64,000 bases of DNA from Marsupella aquatica (taxonomy: Eukaryota > Plantae > Marchantiophyta), in contig OZ316893.1 of the NCBI GenBank assembly GCA_973895155.1, forward strand, positions 8,929,839 to 8,993,838, given 5' to 3'. Shown piece by piece: positions 13,220 to 24,723 of the stretch. A program made the position numbers and the translations under genes. The notes under the pieces were generated by a model, which saw only the letters and a program-made list of their open reading frames with translations, made no database searches and had not been told where the DNA came from. How positions within the stretch are numbered: position 1 is the stretch's first letter; each line of letters starts with the position of its first letter.

Positions 13220-15406
13220 CTATACAGATTCTTTAATTTGTGGTTTGGGATGAACATCATGCCTGGCTTTCATTTCCTGCTCTGCTATCTCCTCCTCGGG
13301 AATGAATCTCTTCCAATACCAATGGCCGCCCCACACATGTTGCATTTCTTCTATTGGAATCCCCTTTGTCTCAGGAATGAAGAAAATGACAAAAATAGTC
13401 ATGACTACTATCCAACCAGCGAAAAAAATGAAGATGCCATACTTCATTGTGCAGAGCATTGACAAGAAAGCCTGTGCTATGAGGAATGTGAATATGAGGT
13501 TGGTGGAAACAGTGATCGACAGACCAGCTGATCGTGTTTCCAAAGGAAAAGTCTCACTGGGAATCAACCATCCTAGAGGGCCCCAAGACCAGGCGAAACC
13601 AGAAACAAATACACAGATAAGCACCACAACTGATATGGCACTTGCTGTTGGAAGTTTGCCGTTGGGTGGTAGCTGCAATCCCAGAATGATGCTGATGATG
13701 AACTGTATAATCACCACATATACGAATCACATTCAAGTTAGAACTCTTAAGCTAAAAACAAAATTGCCATCATTCACAAAAAGTAACTTTAAAAACTAGA
13801 AACTAGACGATTTGTTGAGCTTACCATCGCAACGAACATCTGGACACCGGATTCCAAAAGCAATTTCCGTCTTCCGACTTTGTCCACAATCAACACAGCA
13901 ACAATGGTTGACGCCACATTCACAACTCCGGTGATCACAGCTGAATAAAGAGCTGCATCATTCCCAAATCCCAGAGTCTGGAAAAGCACCGGCGAGTAAA
14001 ACATTATAGCATTGATCCCCGTAAACTGCTGGAACAGCTGCAACAGCATTCCAATAACGAGCTGCGGTCTTGCCCTTCTCTTCAAGATGTTTCTATAAGG
14101 ATGCACGACTGTTTTGGCCATCTCACTGGCTGCCAGAATGTCCTCATACTCGGCCTCCACATCCTCCACGCCTCGGACTTTCCGGAGCACTCTCTTCCCT
14201 TTCTCAAGCTGACCCCGTTCAATCAAACTGTTGGGAGTGTCCAGCAGAATGAGCGATCCAACAAATAGGAGAAAGGCGGGAACGGCTGCCCCTCCAAGGG
14301 CCAACCGCCATCCCCATCTGTTGATTTTGCTCGTCCCGTAATTCACAAGATTTGCTGCGAAAATGCCCACAGTCACAGCCAGCTGAAACAGAATGTTCAG
14401 ACCTCCTCGAAGATTCGTTGGTGCCATCTCTGAAAGGTACAAAGGTACAGCCTGCAGATGTAAAATACAAGGACCGGAGTACAATTAGTTGACAGTTGAC
14501 ATGCTATTATGCAAAATTTATAGGAGCTGCTGAATTGGAGAGATGGCTTGGATAGGGGAGATCGTTGGTGTTATGTTACCTGATTCGCAAAGCCAACGCC
14601 AACGCCCAGTATAACACGGCCAATAATTACCACGATGAGACTAGGAGCTGATGCACAGAGCACAGTGCCGAGGACAAAACATATCCCAGCGACTCTCATA
14701 GTGAGAAGGCGTCCGAACCTACGAGAGGTGTAACCAGCAGCGAAAGTGGCTATCAAACCAGCAATATACAAGCTGGAGGTGAACAGTTGCAGGTTCTGGT
14801 TGTCATACTTGCAATAATTATCTCCTGAACCCTGCCTGGCCAATACACTAGGGAAAAATTTTCCCAGGAAACTATGCATGCTGGTCACTCCACCTGCAGT
14901 ACAGCACAGACAGCAATCCAAGCATCAGTAGCTTGTACAACCGCAATTATACCACCTCTGTAAGCAATATGGATGCGCTGAGTAGAGCTGTGCAAACAGA
15001 GCAGCTGAGTAGCATGTACAACAACTCTATATCTTCTCGAGGAGAATGACATAATCATCCAAGACTGAGGACGTAGAGACCGAGTGCAACAGAGCGTGAA
15101 CAAATTGCTTCAATTACTTTCTCAATAATCGGCCTCAAAACATACCAGTGATACAGGCTTAATGATTCTTTCTAGTGATCGAATACAACCTGTATGAAGA
15201 AGCGACTCACTGTCTAAATTGATTGAAGAAAGCATGATGTGAATTTCGAACTTCAGGAAGTTAAACTTACCAGAGATACCGACATCGTAGCCAAACATGA
15301 GCCCTCCGCTGGCTGCAATGATGCAAGTGAGGACCACGTACACCGTGGTTCGGCCATTATATGGCTTGCTCCAGCCCCCGGTAGGAGCCATCACTCCTCC
15401 AGCCAT
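13220..15406 (-). CDS. STP: Sugar transport protein (STP/MST hexose-H+ symporter, STP13-like); exons 15271-15406, 14580-14893, 13825-14451, 13220-13702 (519 aa)
   Basis: Motifs [85 protein letters not shown] introns keep the frame (1560 nt total). Confidence 0.93.
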
Positions 15407-15449
15407 GATTGCAGACTTTGATCACGGTCCTAGCTCTCCCTTCTTTGGT

Positions 15450-16145
15450 CCCTACTGCTCTTTCTTCTCCGTGTCCGTCTCGACCGAATTACGAAGGGAT
15501 TGCAAACACACTCCAATAAACTTCTTCCTTCACTACTGCTCTTTCTTCTCCGTTTCCGTCTCGGCCGAAGACGAAGGGATTGCAGACACACTACAATACA
15601 CTTCTTTCTTCACTACTGCTCTTTCTTCTCCGTGTCCGTCTCGGCCGAAGACGAAGGGATTGCAGACACGCTATAATACATCAGACGCAAGCATGAGCTT
15701 CGGTTTCTCGATACATCTTCAAGAGCTGGTAGAGCGAGCGACACTAAGATAAGCTTCACTTCTCTCAATGACCCGGAAGAGCTGGGAGACTGAGCGATTT
15801 CAGACCTTCCTTCCTATCTAGCTGGTCGGGTCCGCTCTGTCGAAGAAGAGCAGATCGCAGACAACTACACTATAAACGTGAGGGTGGTGAACTAAATTAA
15901 GCTGTCTATCCAATCAAATCTTTTATTAATTCCTTTGGACATCTGTCCTCTTTACAGAACCGCCGCAATGCTGCGCGCCTGTGGCAACGCTCTGTCGAAG
16001 AAGAGCGGATTGCAGACACGCTACACTGAATCAGACGTGAGGGTGGTCAACTAAATTAAGCTGTCTATCCAATCAAATCTTTAGCTCCTTTGGACATCTG
16101 TCCTTTTTACAGAACCGCCGCAATGCTGCGCGCATCTGGCAAGCA
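15450..16145. repeat. Tandem duplications upstream of STP (~78-bp x3; ~150-bp x2)
   Basis: ctactgctctttcttctccgt...cgaagggattgca is repeated three times at 15450-15670. gctctgtcgaagaagagc...aatgctgcgcgc is repeated twice at 15834-16135. Confidence 0.8.
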
Positions 16146-16238
16146 TTCTTTGTTTTCACCATCTGCTGCCTGTCATGCACGGACTACAGCCATAGCTCTC
16201 ACTGGGCTGAAGTGTACTACTTATCACAAATTAAACCC

Positions 16239-16470
16239 TGTCGATCCAATCCTCCAGGTAATCACACATCAAAGGTAATCACGTGGTCACATCAAAATGT
16301 GGTAATCTGTCATCTGTGGTAATCACAAATCCAAATGTCGATCCAATCCTCCAGGTAATCACACATCAAAGGTATCACGTGGTCACATCACAATGTGGTA
16401 ATCTGTCATCTGTGGTAATCACATATCCAAATGTGGTCACATCAAAGGTAATCACACATCAAATGTGGTA
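16239..16470. repeat. Degenerate minisatellite (ggtaatcacacatcaaa/tgtggtcacatc units)
   Basis: tgtcgatccaatcctccaggtaatcacacatcaaagg is duplicated, with many short subunits. Confidence 0.75.
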
Positions 16471-19400
16471 TCATAATGAGTGCACTCAATGATTGAAAGA
16501 AAATAACGGAGGTTATCATGATATGGAGGGATATCGTACACTGTATGTATATGTAGTATTTGCGACCCAATCCATGTTCATATACTCGATCTTACATGAG
16601 ATCTTTACCGTCTACATGAGGTCTTTAGGTCTGATACTCGGTCTTACATAGGTCTTTACGGTCTTCCTGAGGTCTTTAGGGTCTTTACGGCAGGAATTGA
16701 GAGAGTTGCACTAAATCACACACCATAATTTATACCCAGGCAAATATTATTTCGGACCCAATTACGTAATTGACCAAGGCGTAGTAGTGTACTATTGTGT
16801 TGACTCTGGAGCACTATAATTATAAAGGACCCGATAGCTCTGGTGCTGACAGATTGTACAACATGGTACCTTATGAAACAACTTCCTGTTTCAACGATGC
16901 TCATGAAATAGTTCTTTAATTTTTTGCTGGCCGTTACAATATATATACATATATTTTATTTTTATTTTATTTCAAAAAATTCCTTGCTTGCTACGCCTCT
17001 CTTTACCCATACTTTATGTTTTACATTAATAAACAGGAGTCCACCTAAAAGTAACTAGTGAGCTAATGATGAAAAGTAACCCAAAATTCCTGACGAATCA
17101 AGGCACACACTATGGGTTTCTCGTTTGTCTCTAGACAATAGGTCTTTGGTTGTCAGTCCACAGGACCTACTGTAGACTGTCCCCTGAAGTCCACTAGGAG
17201 ACCTCTGGTATTCAGAGTGGTTATTGGAGAACAAACACTTGTCAATTTCTCAGTGATAAGCTGTAAAACTATTCTAGTACGTGCTACATGCTGATTCTTT
17301 CCACATTTAGAATTCCAAAAGAAGATTTCTACCCATCTACAACCCAAAAAGCAGACCACGCTCTACATGTACAATCCAATTTCTCGGTGATTATTGTGTA
17401 CAAATAGGCTAGTAAGTGTTGAATTTATCAACATCTACAACCCAAAAGACGAACACGTTCCATATCTACAATCCAAAAAGCAGACCACGTTCCGCATGTA
17501 CAATCTAAAAAGCAGACCACGTCTCAATGTAGATGACTGCTGAGAATTCAGAATGTGACACGCACATACCTTTATTGCCCTGGCACTGAAGCAGGTAGTC
17601 CAAAGTTTGACAATATGCTCAGCTTTCGGTCCTTGTTCTTCAAGATGGTTGATATTTTCTAAAAACTATTAAAATAATAAATTATGGAATGAAGATCAAA
17701 TTCGAAGGTTGGACTGTTGGACGATCGCAATTGGGTCAAAAACACGCCTTCCTTCTTTGGTTTATAAACAACTAGTGCCTTATCATTTTATTATTCAACC
17801 ATTATTGGCGTTTACATTCTTTTCTAGTAGGTACAAGTACCGCTCTAATGACTTCAAACTTATTTATTGGCACGTTGGAACTGCTTCCTTAACCACAACG
17901 ATAATTACAATTACTTGTTCCTATAATTCAAATACACATCAGTTTCTTAGCCCCATATAGCATGTTCATTCTCATTCTACTACATGTCTATTTTGACTTA
18001 TCTAAAAGAATTGAAATGGGTAGACATTTTAACTTAACTAGTTTATAAAAAACAAGTATTAAAAAATGCACACCTTTTTAAAAATGAAAAAATACAATAT
18101 TTGAAGACATGTGCATTAATTTCAAGGTATTAATCAATGTACTTGTATTAGGACTGCAGCACTTTATGATTCAATTCAAAGAGAAGAGCGTGCACTAGTG
18201 AACTTTGTTTTTTTTTTTTTACTTTTGGCTCTATTTGGGGCTCTCTATTTAGGTGACACCTGTTCATCAATAAACCAGGAACAATGTAAATTCTATAACC
18301 AATGGCATATAAGGTGCACTCATCAATGAATAGTGTATTAGTTGCTTGGTTGAAGGGTCCAACCTTCTCTCATGCACGTAAGGAAATATGCCCCTCAAAA
18401 TGCTAAGAAAAATAGAGGAGACCTAATAAAAACTAAGGGCATTAAAAAAGTTAAAGGGGCTGCCAAAAATGATTAACTTCTAAATAATACATAGCTAAAG
18501 CATGGACTAGGCCAAATGAACATAAAACTACATTTCAATCAAATTCAATGAGACAAGATAGCCAAAGAGTGTCCCGCCATATAGCAGCCTCGAAAAAAAC
18601 ATCAGGTTCCGAGCCCCACTATTATCTTCAACATTTGAACCAGGCCAGTGACCAAAGAGGTTTAGGTCACAATAGGCTGAACTTGAAAGAACGAATATTA
18701 AATATACTGTGTTTATGTCACCAATGGGAGTGTTTTGTTGGAAATGGATGAGAGTGAAGTTTGATTTAGGGTTTAGACCAGGAAGTTGAGATGTCTCAAT
18801 CTTGACTTAAGATATTCTAAAATCTTACAAAAAATAAATTGTGATTAGATTATTCTTTGAAGTTTTGTTGCAAGTGTGTTAGGAAGTGTCCATGATAGAA
18901 TTATTATCCTTGTTTTACAACACTTGAAAATGCGCAGTCTCATATAAATAAAGTAGAGTAAAAAATCAGAGATTATATCACATATCTTTTCCTGTTGTTG
19001 GAGAAACATAACAAGTGCAAGGTAAATAGCATTTATTATCAAATGTCATCATCAATAACAAAAGTTTTTATTCAAATAAGTATAGTTATCCTGAATATCT
19101 AGAACACAAACCTGAACCCTCGAGTATCTCGTCGAGTGTCCACTACCTCATCTGAAATCTACCACTATAAGACACAATCCTGCCAATTTGTGTCCTTCCT
19201 CCACTTATGAAAAAAAGCTCTTGGCAAGAAATATTATCAACCATTAGATCATTTCATACTTTTTTAGACCGGTTTCAGTGCAAAAATGAGGCCTGCTTGA
19301 ACCCTCGGCCTAACACACAGCTGCACTTAGCTACCATCCCTTGCCCTTCTTCAGTCGTTGCCCAGTCGCGGCCACCTTGCCCTGCCCATTTTGCCTCCAT

Positions 19401-20252
19401 GCAGTACTGCAAGGGGCTGCCGCTGGCCCTGGCTGCCACCTCTCCCCACTGGCAGCACCCTAGCTTGCCCTGCTCCTGGCTCACCCTTGCCTGCACACCA
19501 TTCTTGCCATGGGCAAGACATTCTTAAATGCTACAAGCCCCCTCATAAGCCCTGCAAAGGGGTTTTGGGGCAGACTAATCATTCATAAATGCCACAAGCC
19601 TGCGTATGAGTGGTGGATCTCCCACCACGTGCCCGTCCAAACTTGTGTCCTAACCTTGAAACAGACCAAACCTTGCACTAACACAGAAGGTTGAGGCAAG
19701 CTCTAGCTCTTTGACTATGCTCTTGGTCGCTGGCAACCACTCCCATAAAAAGTTGCACTCACCTGTGTTAGCACGACTATTGTTCTTGGGGGCCTCACCC
19801 CAAGGGAACTGTGTCCTCTTGTTCCAAAGAGCACTTCAAGTAATGCTTCCATGGTGGAGCTCCAAAAATCATGTTTTTCAAGAGCATTTTTACTTTTAGG
19901 TGCATTCATTCTGGTTACCATAACAGTAATGTAGATAAATAATTAATGAGGCAATTTATTATCTAGATTCTCTACATGGTTAGGTGTAAAGTGCTCAGTC
20001 ACCTTGTCACAGTCCATGGGGATGACTAGAGACAACATACAAGTCCATTCATTGGGGCTTTAGTTTCCAGTACCAAATTTTTTACTCCAATTTGATTAAT
20101 CACTAGCCCTGTGCCTGTGAGTTGCACAAAAGATTTGGAGGTGAGAAAAGCATGTTGAGGTGAGGAAAAGATTTCAAGGAGAGGAAAGATGTTGAGGTGA
20201 GAAACAGATGTCAATGTGAGAAAAACACATTGAGGTGAGGAGAAGATGTCAA

Positions 20253-21270
20253 CCCTGGGCCCTTAGTTAGCTTATGAAATAACAAACATACATGCAAACG
20301 TCCAAGGGTATTTTAAAAGAGTTTTGAAAATAATATTAGAATAAGGTTACAATGAACTAGGGCACCATATATGCGTTGTCTAGGTTGGAAGGCATGGAGA
20401 CCGAGATGGAGACTATTGTAAATTTGGTTGCCCATTACATTAGCTGGTGGGGTATGTAAATATTCCATGATAGGTGTCCGCATTTGATTGGTCCACATGT
20501 TGTAGTCTCATTGGTTTAGGGTATGTGATAAGGTCAGTCTCTTGTACCAGTTCTCACACGAGAACCCTAAACCCCTCCCCAACCCTCTCATATTTGGGTG
20601 TAACCTGGGTTTTGGGTTCTTGGAGCCATTCAATGGGAAGTTGCCATAGAATGGATGCCCTGATGTTAAGAAGACGCTGCCTTATATGCATCCCCTAAAC
20701 CTTGTTTTTATAACAAATGAAGGGTATTTTTAAATTCTAAAATATCATAGATTATAATAACTATCACCCCATGTTGCATTTGAGTTGCAACTTTGTTGGT
20801 TGCACATGTGTTGTGAGTTTGGGAGAGTGACTTGGCATAGCAGGTCACCTGGTAAGGGTGACCTCTTCACCCAGGTTACCATGTCTTGTGCCATGGGGGT
20901 ATACCTTGGAGAATGAGGGATTAGCTCCTCATTCTTCCAAGTTGAGCCTCCCGGCACTGGTATAGCTCATGTGAGTGTGGCTATGGTGAGAAAGAGAGTG
21001 TATGCCGGTTGGCATGTAGAGCAACATTGGCAGGGTTCTGCTATGTGTATAGACTTGGAGTCCTGCATGGCTAGCGGGTGAGTTTGGCTCGACTTAGTGA
21101 TACCTTGCAGCGGGGTCCCGTTTCGCGAGAGATTCATAACCTAGGAGGATTTTATATAGGACTGAAATTTCTTTTTAGAACAAACAAGATAGATTTAAAT
21201 GTTCCTACAAAATACAACAAGGGGTACCTTGGGAGGCTTTGGTCATATTTCCCTTAGTGAGAGCCCAAGG
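20253..21270. mobile_element. Non-autonomous hAT-like element, ~1 kb
   Basis: Imperfect TIRs ccctgggccctta / tgagagcccaagg; 8-bp TSD gatgtcaa/gatgccaa; termini resemble the 46746-46947 MITE. Confidence 0.65.
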
Positions 21271-21324
21271 GATGCCAAGGAGAGAAAAGATGTCAAAACT
21301 AAATGAGAAAACGATGTTGAGGAG

Positions 21325-21623
21325 CTCGGGGGTCTCACTCAATGGAAGCCTCCCCATCACTTGTGACATTTTTAGGCCTCAAACCCCCTAAAATGTAAGT
21401 CAAAAAATTATATTTTTCAACCGCTTTAAAGTTGGAATACTCTTTGAATATTCTAAAAATTTGGTTAGAATGACCCAAATGTTCTTATAAGTCTCAAAAT
21501 TGGATTTAAAAGACCCTATTATTCTTATGAAAAAATTTAAGTCTTCCCTTTGAACCAATAAAATGACTGTATTCCTCATCGCACGTGATCATGTGTCATT
21601 TTTGTGGAAATGAAACCCCCAAG
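21325..21623 (+). mobile_element. hAT-type MITE (family A), 299 bp
   Basis: TIR ctcgggggtctca / tgaaacccccaag; TSD ttgaggag/ttgaagag; aligns end to end with 24778-25073. Confidence 0.85.
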
Positions 21624-22764
21624 TTGAAGAGATAAAAAGATGTCAAGAAGAAGATGTTGTCTTTGTGAATGGAAATACAAATGATCTTTCAATGCAAAAA
21701 AGATGTCAAGGCAAGAAAAATTGTCAAGTCAAGGCAAAGATGTTGAGGCAAAATTGTCAAGTCAAGGCAAAGCATGTCCCAAAGTGCTGTTGTGAAAGCA
21801 ATCAATGTTGTGGGGAAGGGCGAGAGTGTGGGAGGGAATGCAAAACTGGGGGCGGTGGCTGTGGTGTCACAAGGTCAAGTGTGGTCGCCCTTTGCTATTG
21901 GGATGGAGAGAAATTCCCTTTTCTAATTTTTTGTCCTCCTCTTCTCCCTACCTTGCTCTTTGGCTCCCTCCCTCCCCTTCCAACATGATTAAAAAAGAGA
22001 AAAAAAAAACATAGACCGAGCAAAAGATAATGATCTTTCAAAAAGTTTAAAATTCCTCTTCTCTCTTCTCCCTAGCAAAAAAACAAAACCAAAAAATGGT
22101 ATACCAATGTAATGCACATGTCTGTCTTGAAACTAAGTATTCAGCCAGCACATGGATTTTGTAAATACCTACTTTAGAAGAAAATACATTCCTGGTATTC
22201 ACTTCCATTGACTATCGCTTTCAATCTATCTAAGGGTATCAAAATCACTGAAATATATCTGATGGTACTGGTTGTTCCTTCCTTTTTCACTTTTGTAAAA
22301 TTGCACAAAAGCTTTGAGATGGTAATAATGTGATATGAGATATGACATATATATGAACCGATTGTTCATGAATTGCACAATTGTCATTAATGCGATTTCA
22401 TTCTTACAATCAATTATCAGTGTGGCCATTTCATTGTTGGGGCAATTTTATTCTTGAGGCCATTGTGTCTTTGGTCAATAAAATTACTGCAAAAAGGAAA
22501 TTAGGATTGAATGTTAATGTAACTTGGAATTTTACTACATAGAGAGAAATAATAGGTTTTTTGGAGCTATTCCCAGCAGACTTAATTGTTTTTCCACTTT
22601 CCCCTAAATAAAACCCCATTGAAGTACTCTCATTGTATTGTTCTCTGTACTTTTACTTTTTTACTTTAAGTGAATGGGGCAATCATATGTGTCCAAATGT
22701 AACGTGGGGTCTACTTAGATTTTCTTGTTAGACCACCTACCCATGATAGCCACATGTCAACTCG

Positions 22765-23275
22765 TTCTCAATTCTCACTTACCTTTTTCTAGATGTTAGT
22801 GTATGAGTCTAGGCTCTTTCTCAATTCTCACTTACCTTTTTCTAGATGTTAGTGTATGAGTCTAGGTGAGTAGGTGTGAGTGGAAGCCAATCAGTGCCTG
22901 GGCTAGGACGTACTCTTTATTTTTCCATACACAAATCTGACGGGCAGGAAAATTTAAGCTTTAAATCCAAGGGTCATAATGAGTTCCCTCCAAAAGTATA
23001 TTTTGTAGGCATACTATGAATATATTATTGTGAGTACACTTCTCTCAAAAGAGCAAGTAAAGACAAAGGGAAGACGTCAAATGGGAAGAGCTCAAATCCC
23101 AACCATTGTGACCGTAAACCCTACACATTCCAAAAGACTCTGGTAGGGAGGGAGAATAAAGACCCAAAGACAAAGGGAAGACGTCAAATGGGAAGAGCTC
23201 AAATCCCAACGATTGTGACCCTAAACCCTACACATTCCAAAAGAGTGTGGTAGGGAGGGAGAATAAAGACCCAAG
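22765..23275. repeat. Two local tandem duplications (~52 bp and ~108 bp)
   Basis: ttctcaattctcacttacc...gagtctagg x2; aaagacaaagggaagacg...aataaagacccaa x2. Confidence 0.8.
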
Positions 23276-23599
23276 TCACTTTATTCTAGGTCATAACCAT
23301 TGTACTTTGAATTCCTGCCGTACCCTAGATGTTGGTATGCTCTGCACAATGGCATCTTGGAGTCCCGTGTTATGGAAAGATAGGTACTAGAGAAAATTTA
23401 CATATGGAAAAACAGGTACTAGAGAGTATTGACCTTTCAATGATTGTATAGTGTACAAGGAAGGTACACAAAACTTTAATATATTCCCTTCCCAAGCCCG
23501 GTTTAATCTGACGGGCACCTTGACGCCTTTTCGGGCACGTCAAATTGTCAAATGACGGCCCGAAAACACGCAATTTGACGGATATTCGTGTAGATTCTC

Positions 23600-24150
23600 C
23601 CGAATGAACCCCGACTTCCCCGGACCTTTCGCGAACTCCTCCCGAACACCCCGGACCCGAACCCGAACTCCCTCTGACCCGAACCCGGACTCCCGGGCCC
23701 TTCCCGGACCCTCCCCGGACCCCCACCCGAACCCTCCCCGGACCCTGTCCGGACCCTTCCCGGTAGCTGGGGAAAAGGGGCCGGCCGGGGTAAGGGGGGC
23801 CCGGGGGACGGGATTCGGGGAAGCGGGGACGGGGGGGCGGGGTTTGGGGAGGAGGGGAAGGGGATTCGGGGAAGCGGGGGAAAGGGGGCCAGGATTCGGG
23901 GAAGAGGGGAAGGGGGGGCGGGGTTTGGGGAAGGGGTTACGGTTTGAAGGGGGCCGGGGTTCGGGGATGCGGGGAACGGGGTAGGGGGTTCGGGGAAGGG
24001 GGTTCGGGGAAGGGGGTAGGGGGTTCGGGGAACGGGGTGCGGGGTTCGGGGACGGGGCTCGGGAATTGGCGGCCGGGGAAGAGTTAGGGGCGGGATTAGG
24101 GTTAGGGGGGCGAGATTAGGGTTAGGGGAGGCGCGATTAGGGTTAGGAGC
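23600..24150. repeat. Left subterminal GC-rich array (CCCGAACCC/CCCGGACCC, then GGGTTCGGG; TTAGGG units)
   Basis: C-rich 23600-23762 switches to G-rich 23765-24150; gattagggttagg x3 at ~24094-24147. Confidence 0.8.
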
Positions 24151-24291
24151 GAAGATTAAGAGCTTTAGGAGGGGGAGGAAGTAGATGGTTTAGTATAAGT
24201 AGGAGTCACTAATCCATTTTACTAATCCAAAGTCTCATTGTGTTTCTCTCTCTTGTGGTTTAGCATTAGGGAGAGATCGGAGGGATACATT

Positions 24292-24647
24292 GGAACTCTT
24301 GTACGCGCATGCTTTGGGCTTGGCTCGGTCTGCGATAATTTGTATGAGAAGTTCCTTATATCGCCTTAACAACTTTGCATCATTGTTTTGTTTGAAAGTG
24401 AACTACTTGCGAGTAAAGAGATACCCATGTGCATATGCGAAGAGCTTTGGCTCGGTCTATGATATTTCATATGGGTATCACAATTTCTCGTACATATGTT
24501 CACTTGAAAGATAAACGATTGTGAAGTTATAGATATTACATTAACATAGGTTGAAGTAGGGATGTTGACAAATATAAGAATTTGGGAAACTTTCCTGCGC
24601 ATGCTTTGAGCTTAGGCCCAGTCTGCGATAATTCAGCAAAGTAACCC
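24292..24647 (+). ncRNA. Array of three predicted structured RNA hairpin motifs upstream of the transposase ATG (24292-24355, 24420-24479, 24584-24647)
   Basis: Each copy: variable outer stem, 4-bp stem, UGC-NNN, GAGC-loop-GCUC, GGUC, 4-bp stem', AUAHUU bulge, outer stem'. Compensatory changes are seen (cgca/ugcg vs caua/uaug). Function unknown. Confidence 0.65.
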
Positions 24648-24723
24648 ATTGTACTATTTTTGTTATATCCACAAAATCAAAAGAATCAACCCTTTTATTT
24701 TTTTACCATTGAAAGTCGTAACA

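Larger units (their letters stand above)
20103..22050 (-). mobile_element. Non-autonomous Helitron-like element (3' end at 20103), interrupted by nested MITEs; 5' limit uncertain
   Basis: The reverse complement ends ...gtgcaactcacaggcacagggCTAG|T. Internal aaagatgtcaagg repeats are shared with the copies at 47669 and 53215. Confidence 0.45.

Noticed and set aside
22934-22946. aatctgacgggca, identical to the hAT left subterminal sequence, as an alternative element end
   Set aside because: No TIR or TSD at this site; the 23497 boundary has both.
23370-23984. Gly/Pro/Arg-rich ORFs (also 44663-45361, 54594-55170)
   Set aside because: Products of GC-rich low-complexity or tandem arrays.
24085-24147. 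Interstitial telomere
   Set aside because: Only a few interrupted TTAGGG units inside the transposon subterminal region.
24292-24647. Hairpin arrays as a CRISPR-like repeat-spacer array, 5S rRNA (Cassandra-like) or known ribozyme
   Set aside because: The repeats are degenerate, with irregular ~55-110 nt gaps and no cas genes. There are only short chance matches to 5S or the Pol III A-box, and no CUGANGA/GAAA, twister or HDV core.
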